DNA of 11,988 nucleotides from a virus. Lineage: Duplodnaviria; Heunggongvirae; Uroviricota; Caudoviricetes. The DNA lies in the IMG/VR virus record IMGVR_UViG_2974794945_000001, positions 293,273-305,260 of that record, one strand, 5' to 3'. Numbering within the stretch: position 1 is the stretch's first letter; the number at the start of each line of letters is the position of its first letter. A program made the position numbers and the translations under genes. Under the pieces are notes generated by a model that was given only the letters and a program-made list of their open reading frames with translations, was not told the origin of the DNA and searched no databases. Shown piece by piece: positions 1 through 4,025 of the stretch.

Positions 1-139
1 CAACTCTTTTATTTCTAACTTGAGTTTCTAGTTGAATATCCAAAAGCCTTTGCTTTGCTCTGGCCAATATTAACCGTTCTAAATAATCCGGACCACTTGG
101 TTTTAACTCGGCGAGGTCCATTAAAGCTTGAAGACTCAT
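1..139 (-). CDS. Small hypothetical protein, 3' end runs off the window (MSLQALMDLAELKPSGPDYLERLILARAKQRLLDIQLETQVRNKRV...)
   Basis: Manually translated. ATG at 139 overlaps the TGA stop of the upstream ORF (ATGA coupling), and the frame stays open to the window edge. Not in the supplied ORF track. Confidence 0.6.
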   Translation of the reverse strand, partial: MSLQALMDLAELKPSGPDYLERLILARAKQRLLDIQLETQVRNKRV

Positions 140-318
140 AAACTAATCACCTTATTTAAAAGTTCTTGTGTAGGAATAGATGCTTTGAGTAAAGCATTTA
201 ATCGTTCATCTGCAGCAGCCATACGTTCATTCATTTGTTTAATACGGGCAGCTCTTTCTTCTGGTGGTTCTTGAGACCGTCTATATTCAATTAGTTCTTC
301 TAAGCTTTTCATATTCAT
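136..318 (-). CDS. Small helical hypothetical protein ending ...IPTQELLNKVISL
   Basis: 60-aa ORF from the track, co-oriented with its neighbours, stop coupled to the next start. True start may be 312. Confidence 0.7.
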   Translation of the reverse strand: MNMKSLEELIEYRRSQEPPEERAARIKQMNERMAAADERLNALLKASIPTQELLNKVISL

Positions 319-329
319 CGATCAATTAC

Positions 330-404
330 TCAGGTTAATGCGAATAGCCAATCGTCATAGGTTCCTTTGAAACCATGAATTACTGCACATTCATAAGCAC
401 TCAT
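330..404 (-). CDS. 24-aa micro-protein MSAYECAVIHGFKGTYDDWLFALT
   Basis: Manually translated. ATGA overlap with the stop of 401-571 and a GGTG SD-like element upstream. Matches the SAYExAVxxGFxGTxxxWL motif I recognise from phage collagen-like/tail proteins. Confidence 0.55.
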   Translation of the reverse strand: MSAYECAVIHGFKGTYDDWLFALT

Positions 405-571
405 AGATTCACCACTCGATTTAACATTTCTGGAGTAACTTGTTGGGCTTTCATTTGTGCTCTTAAGATACGTGTAATTATAACAGTCCGTGCCCTTGCT
501 TTACGGAGAAATTCTTCATGTGACGAATAACCCATAATTTTCCAGCAAGTTGGTACATGTTCTTTTGTCAT
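401..571 (-). CDS. 56-aa hypothetical protein (MTKEHVPTCWKIMGYSSHEEFLRKAR...VTPEMLNRVVNL)
   Basis: Manually translated and below the track cutoff. Fills the gap between co-oriented ORFs, and its C-terminus resembles that of 136-318. Confidence 0.65.
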   Translation of the reverse strand: MTKEHVPTCWKIMGYSSHEEFLRKARARTVIITRILRAQMKAQQVTPEMLNRVVNL

Positions 572-583
572 AACGTAAACCTT

Positions 584-838
584 TTAATGCATGAATGTTG
601 ATCCAATAACGTGACAGTTACAACCACACAAATTATGCTCGTCAGTTCCATCTATCACAATAGTTAAAGTTGGATACCAACCACGTTTAGCAAAGACTAA
701 CTTACCCCAAACAGATTCTGTATCTTCACGTTTCTCCACATGGGCTAATTCATTAAACTTCTTTATTAACCAATCAGAATTAACAGTACGGTCTTCGTTA
801 AAGTATTGTTGTCCACATCTATCACAACACGGTACCAT
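584..838 (-). CDS. Cys-rich hypothetical protein, possible Zn binding (CCxxC ... CxCxCH)
   Basis: 84-aa ORF from the track, with a short 17-nt overlap with the upstream gene. Confidence 0.65.
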   Translation of the reverse strand: MVPCCDRCGQQYFNEDRTVNSDWLIKKFNELAHVEKREDTESVWGKLVFAKRGWYPTLTIVIDGTDEHNLCGCNCHVIGSTFMH

Positions 839-1046
839 GGGGTAGTTCCTCCGAGAATGTTTTAAGGAATATGCTTTCAGCTATTACCCAGATTTCATTA
901 GTCTTAGAATCTTTAGTAGGTTCTAGATTGGTATACACTACCATTGGCCAACTACAGTCTTGTCCATGCTTACCAACACAGATAACATGAAATCGAATAC
1001 CCGATGGTGAGAAGTATGTGTGGTTTGGTTTAATTGATTCAAGCAT
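822..1046 (-). CDS. DUF1653-like small phage protein
   Basis: Pattern Y...G..F.V..V.KH......MVVY..L......IWV.....F...F resembles DUF1653. Recognised by eye only. Confidence 0.55.
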   Translation of the reverse strand: MLESIKPNHTYFSPSGIRFHVICVGKHGQDCSWPMVVYTNLEPTKDSKTNEIWVIAESIFLKTFSEELPHGTVL

Positions 1047-1054
1047 TAATGAAC

Positions 1055-1621
1055 CTATTGGGTTTGGACACTTACCGATACACCACCGGATGCGGTGAAT
1101 CTAGTAAAGCGGGGTTTGATTTCTATTCCGTACTGCTTACACCATTTACGCACTGAGTTATCTGATACACCATATTTCTCTCCAACCTTTACCATGGACA
1201 TTATTAACATGTCTGCTTCTAGTTGTTCTTTATCTGGACGTTCTACTTTTCTTCGACCCAAAGCAGAACATTCCGAACTGCAATATACATCAAGATCTTT
1301 ACTAAGTACACACTGACATTGTTCACAAAGTTTAGTTGGATATTGTTTTGGGTCAATACCCATACGGCGCATCCAACCATGCAGCTTTTGGTGTTGTGAT
1401 TGCGTAAGTACTAATAAATTTTCAGGGTGATTATTCATTTTGTTTTCGTCTAGATGATGTACCTCTTCATCTTTAGCCAACGGACGACCCATGAACTCTT
1501 CTGCTACCACGCGATGCTCATATACCCAGCCATACATCTTTGGATTCATTAAAGCATGTAAATGATCAGGTAGGTGTAGAGCAATGTACCCATTAATAAC
1601 TTTTTGTTTGATCTTTTCCAT
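1055..1621 (-). CDS. Free-standing HNH (HNH_3-type) homing endonuclease with C-terminal Zn ribbon and HTH
   Basis: YEHRVVAE...EEVHHLDENKMNNHPENLLVLTQSQHQKLH HNH motif; CEQC...CSSEC Cys cluster; MVKVGEKYGVSDNSVRKWCKQYGI HTH; GGGAG SD 6 nt before the ATG. Confidence 0.88.
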   Translation of the reverse strand: MEKIKQKVINGYIALHLPDHLHALMNPKMYGWVYEHRVVAEEFMGRPLAKDEEVHHLDENKMNNHPENLLVLTQSQHQKLHGWMRRMGIDPKQYPTKLCEQCQCVLSKDLDVYCSSECSALGRRKVERPDKEQLEADMLIMSMVKVGEKYGVSDNSVRKWCKQYGIEIKPRFTRFTASGGVSVSVQTQ

Positions 1622-1653
1622 TTACGTCTCCCGTCCATGGTTCGAATAGATAT

Positions 1654-1684
1654 AACGAAATAATGGAAGCCGAAGCTTCCATTA
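1654..1684 (-). terminator. Intrinsic terminator at the end of the tRNA cluster
   Basis: Minus strand TAATGGAAGC-TTCG-GCTTCCATTA: 10-bp stem with a cUUCGg loop, followed by TTTCGTT. Confidence 0.75.
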
Positions 1685-1689
1685 GAAAT

Positions 1690-1777
1690 TGGCTGGTAAG
1701 GCTGGACTCGAACCAGCGGTGTGCTTTCGCAAACGGATTAACAGTCCGCCCCCTGCTACCAACTCGGGTACTTACCA
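1690..1777 (-). tRNA. tRNA-Asn(GTT) with a long variable arm, CCA encoded
   Basis: TGGTAAG/CTTACCA acceptor, G73, CCA; GCGGA-CTGTTAA-TCCGT anticodon arm; GCTGG-TTCGAGT-CCAGC T arm; TGC-GAAA-GCA variable hairpin. Confidence 0.9.
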
Positions 1778-1789
1778 ATTTTAAAACGT

Positions 1790-1824
1790 ATCGGCAATGA
1801 CTCTACCAACTGAGCTATTTACCA
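1790..1824 (-). pseudogene. Isolated 5' half of a tRNA (acceptor 5' strand, D-arm, start of anticodon arm)
   Basis: TGGTAAA-TA-GCTC-AGTTGGTA-GAGT-C-ATTGC... I found no complementary GCAAT, T-arm or TTTACCA nearby. Confidence 0.65.
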
Positions 1825-1844
1825 ATGTATCGACAGTTCTTCAT

Positions 1845-1871
1845 GTATACTATTACACATCAAGTACTTTT
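1845..1871 (-). promoter_or_regulatory. Repeated phage promoter-like motif AAAAGTAC-TTGATGTGTAATAGTATAC
   Basis: One of four similar copies (1845-1871, 2951-2979, 3967-3991, 6370-6394), each upstream of a minus-strand gene or RNA. Resembles the phiKZ middle (AAanntTAC) and late (TATG) elements. Confidence 0.6.
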
Positions 1872-1957
1872 AATCTGTATTGGGATGCCAGGCTTCCACT
1901 GGATGATTGTTTTACCTAGACTCCCTTTAAAGATCTAGCAATGCTTGAAACTATTAC

Positions 1958-2067
1958 CTCAACAGTTCCCTAGTTACTGATTACCCTGCGCGCCAGGTCG
2001 TACGTTAACTAGGTAGGCGTGGAACGACGCCTCGTTTTAGTTCTGCACCGAAGTGCCTTCTGTTGAG
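1958..2067 (-). ncRNA. Candidate multi-stem structured RNA directly 3' of the tRNA-like element
   Basis: 8-bp closing helix CTCAACAG/CTGTTGAG encloses GCAC-TTCG-GTGC, GGCGT-CGTTCC-ACGCC and CCTAGTTA/TAACTAGG (with inner CCTG/CAGG). No plausible ORF. Confidence 0.5.
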
Positions 2068-2068
2068 C

Positions 2069-2146
2069 AGCCCTCCTTAGATACCGAATCTAAATCTCTC
2101 TATCCGTGGTATGGACAGAGCGCTTTACCGATTAAGCTAGGTGGGC
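2069..2146 (-). ncRNA. tRNA-like RNA or pseudo-tRNA with an extended anticodon stem, no encoded CCA
   Basis: GCCCACC/GGAGGGC acceptor (one A-A mismatch); GCTT-AATCGGTA-AAGC D-arm; CTCTGTCC-ATACCAC-GGATAGAG 8-bp arm; TTAGA-TTCGGTA-TCTAA T-like arm. Confidence 0.65.
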
Positions 2147-2153
2147 ATTGAAT

Positions 2154-2239
2154 TGGTGGATGAAGGAAGGAATTGAACCTCTAGGAGAACCGGCGGGGTT
2201 ACAGGCCGCTGACAGTAGCCATCTGTCTCTACATCATCC
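2154..2239 (-). tRNA. Atypical tRNA-Tyr(GTA), CCA encoded
   Basis: Anticodon loop CT-GTA-AC, A73-CCA, GG-TTCAATT-CC T loop; 8-bp acceptor GGATGATG/CTTCATCC (one T-T); 5-bp D-stem GACAG/CTGTC; C31-C39 mismatch. Confidence 0.7.
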
Positions 2240-2247
2240 GTAAAACA

Positions 2248-2382
2248 TTTGAAACTAACTATGGAGAAAGGCGACTCGTTTTATCTCCTGACTTGTACCC
2301 ATGCACCCATTATTGAATCACCGGGCGGCTCCTTTAGTGTGATTCGGGCTGTACCTTACCGTCGTTGTTAGTTAATTTCAAA
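2248..2382 (-). ncRNA. Candidate structured RNA between tRNA-Pro and tRNA-Tyr
   Basis: 14-bp closing stem TTTGAAATTAACTA/TAGTTAGTTTCAAA, whose one non-Watson-Crick pair is a U-G wobble on the minus strand. Encloses GAATCAC/GTGATTC and GGAGA/TCTCC hairpins. Confidence 0.5.
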
Positions 2383-2384
2383 AC

Positions 2385-2460
2385 TGGTCAGAGTGGGAGG
2401 ACTTGAACCTCCGACCACGTAGTCCCAAACCACGCATTCTACCAACTGAACTACACTCTG
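2385..2460 (-). tRNA. tRNA-Pro(TGG), CCA encoded
   Basis: Canonical 76-nt cloverleaf CAGAGTG...CGTGG-TTTGGGA-CTACG...GGAGG-TTCAAGT-CCTCC-CACTCTG-A-CCA. Confidence 0.97.
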
Positions 2461-2467
2461 ATGAAAC

Positions 2468-2544
2468 TGGCGGTTCCTACGGGACTTGAACCCGTGACCT
2501 CTCGCGTGACAGGCGAGCGCTCTAACCAACTGAGCTAAGGAACC
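2468..2544 (-). tRNA. tRNA-Asp(GTC), CCA encoded
   Basis: Canonical cloverleaf GGTTCCT...CTCGC-CTGTCAC-GCGAG...ACGGG-TTCAAGT-CCCGT-AGGAACC-G-CCA. Confidence 0.97.
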
Positions 2545-2553
2545 TAAAGCATT

Positions 2554-2651
2554 GAGAGTAACGGCGCTTTAACCGATTAAGCTAACGGCCCTGTTGGATA
2601 GGCGGGCCTTCCGAGTCAAGGGATTTGAACCCAAGTACCTCCGTTACTCTC
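2554..2651 (-). ncRNA. Circularly permuted tRNA-like RNA (3' half precedes 5' half)
   Basis: Minus-strand order: GAGAGTAACGG-AGGTA-CTTGGG-TTCAAAT-CCCTTG-ACTCGG-AAGGCCC-G-CC / linker TATCCAACA / GGGCCGT-TA-GCTT-AATCGGTTA-AAGC-G-CCGTTACTCTC. The ends form a perfect 11-bp stem and GGGCCGT pairs with AAGGCCC (6/7). Confidence 0.65.
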
Positions 2652-2655
2652 GAAT

Positions 2656-2823
2656 CTATGCTACTTGCTGTTCACGTTTACTGACCATGTAATCAGCATC
2701 GTTTACAGCTTCCCGAAGTATCTGTTTATCTAGTTTAAGATTCTTCCAACTTAGCCTGCTGCAACAGCGGCAATCTGCTGGACCAAAGTCATCTAAAGGA
2801 CGTGGTTTAATCTTAACTTTCAT
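2656..2823 (-). CDS. 55-aa Cys-containing protein inside the tRNA operon (MKVKIKPRPLDDFGPADCRCCSRLSWKNLKLDKQILREAVNDADYMVSKREQQVA)
   Basis: Manually translated. GGAG SD 6 nt upstream of the ATG; exactly fills the gap between tRNA-His and the permuted element. Confidence 0.7.
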   Translation of the reverse strand: MKVKIKPRPLDDFGPADCRCCSRLSWKNLKLDKQILREAVNDADYMVSKREQQVA

Positions 2824-2844
2824 AGACTACTCCGAGAAAAGAAT

Positions 2845-2922
2845 TGGTGTGAATGAAGAGGATCGAACTCTTGACTTCCAGGGTCACATCCTGGCACTCT
2901 AACCGACTGAGCTACATTCACC
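2845..2922 (-). tRNA. tRNA-His(GTG) with encoded G-1 and A73, CCA encoded
   Basis: G-GTGAATG-TA-GCTC-AGTCGGTTA-GAGT-G-CCAGG-ATGTGAC-CCTGG-AAGTC-AAGAG-TTCGATC-CTCTT-CATTCAC-A-CCA. Confidence 0.93.
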
Positions 2923-2950
2923 ATCAAGCGTCGAGGCAGCAACTGCTCTC

Positions 2951-2979
2951 GTATACTATTACATACCAAGTATTATTTT
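2951..2979 (-). promoter_or_regulatory. Promoter-like motif for the tRNA operon, AAAATAATAC-TTGGTATGTAATAGTATAC
   Basis: Copy of the repeated motif, 28 nt upstream of tRNA-His. Confidence 0.6.
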
Positions 2980-3058
2980 ACATTGGGTCAAAACTCTTGC
3001 AGCTGGACCTGCACTATTGCGCCAGTCCAACCACATATAGTTGTATACAATCAACTAC

Positions 3059-3910
3059 TTAACCGATAAACACAATCTTAGTGTTTACTCGACCCAGTTT
3101 GGCTAACACTCGGTAGAGACGATTAATGTTGATGTCGTCACTATTAATACGCTTAGCAGCATTAGTGATAATCAGTGTATGAAAGTTAGTATGGAACTGT
3201 GGGAAGTTAGCTAGCAAATGATCATTCAACCATTTCGATTCCCAAAACCATTTACGATGGGTAACTAATTTTTCACCATCGTTACTGCTGGTCATGATGC
3301 TAATTTCCGCTGATGGATCAGCCGCCATATACGCCAATGCTTCTCGAACATTAAAGTGTTGACACAGTTGATCTTCAATGAGTTGCTTAGCTTCATTGTC
3401 CAACGCCAGCAATTTAAACAACACCGACCATGAACATTGATCAATACGTGAATGGATGTCATCGTGATCAAAATGCACAAACCCACGACCTAGCGTTTGT
3501 TTGAATGCATTAACAAAAGTAGTTACGTTACCCAATGCCGGTCCATTTAAAAACGAAGTATTGTCACGAACGCGTTTCCAATCGGGTACATCGCCTTCTA
3601 ACAAATCCAAGTTATTTGCTTTTTGGATTATGCGTGCCATTTCCTTAGCAATGATTTCCGTAGGTTCATCTGTATCCAGTTCCGCTGTATCCAATGCTTC
3701 CTCAGTAAACCAGTAATGCAATGCATCATACCGTTTAAGAGTAAACTGTGAGATCACCTCACTAACTACCGGTACGTCTTCGCACAGGTGCTGTAGGCCC
3801 GTTGGGCTATTTTTACCATTACCAAAAACATAAGTTTCTAGTGGTTTATATTTCAAAGGTAACAAATCCCTAGGGTTTTCTATTCTTGCGGTCATTGCTG
3901 CTATGTTCAT
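3059..3910 (-). CDS. Hypothetical protein, 283 aa
   Basis: Long ORF co-oriented with its neighbours and preceded by a promoter-like motif. No family recognised. Confidence 0.85.
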   Translation of the reverse strand: MNIAAMTARIENPRDLLPLKYKPLETYVFGNGKNSPTGLQHLCEDVPVVSEVISQFTLKRYDALHYWFTEEALDTAELDTDEPTEIIAKEMARIIQKANNLDLLEGDVPDWKRVRDNTSFLNGPALGNVTTFVNAFKQTLGRGFVHFDHDDIHSRIDQCSWSVLFKLLALDNEAKQLIEDQLCQHFNVREALAYMAADPSAEISIMTSSNDGEKLVTHRKWFWESKWLNDHLLANFPQFHTNFHTLIITNAAKRINSDDININRLYRVLAKLGRVNTKIVFIG

Positions 3911-3966
3911 TTCTGTGTCCTATTCCCTAACGGGATGTGGTATCAGTTTAAGTAGCGGTATTGCTA

Positions 3967-3991
3967 CACATTATTACCTTATCAGTATTTT
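3967..3991 (-). promoter_or_regulatory. Promoter-like motif AAAATAC-TGATAAGGTAATAATGTG
   Basis: Copy of the repeated motif, just after a terminator and upstream of the 283-aa gene. Confidence 0.55.
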
Positions 3992-4000
3992 ACAGCATAA

Positions 4001-4018
4001 AGCCTCCCTAAGGAGACT
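4001..4018 (-). terminator. Terminator-like hairpin after the 4026-4505 ORF
   Basis: Minus strand AGTCTCC-TTAG-GGAGGCT (7 bp with a U-G pair), followed by TTAT. Confidence 0.6.
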
Positions 4019-4025
4019 AGATGCA

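Noticed and set aside
1040-1824. The 5' tRNA half as exon 1 of a tRNA split by a group I intron carrying the HNH gene
   Set aside because: No matching 3' exon was found downstream, I saw no group I core elements, and an intact tRNA-Asn plus a terminator lie in between.
1958-2382. tRNA-associated theta (HDV-like), hammerhead or twister ribozyme
   Set aside because: In both structured RNAs the first helix encloses the whole element, unlike the nested HDV pseudoknot, and no CUGANGA/GAAA core is visible. A covariance search is still advisable.
1880-2651. tmRNA (standard or two-piece) as the explanation of the tRNA-like elements
   Set aside because: Both elements have a paired D-stem and lack G3-U70/A73 alanine identity, and I found no tag reading frame ending in an ALAA-like peptide.
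2984-3058. Hairpins upstream of the tRNA promoter (TAGTTG/CAACTA, TGGAC/GTCCA, palindrome TTGTATACAA at 3041-3050)
   Set aside because: The stems are short and most simply explained as 3' UTR or terminator-like structure of the 283-aa gene. Not enough evidence for a separate element.
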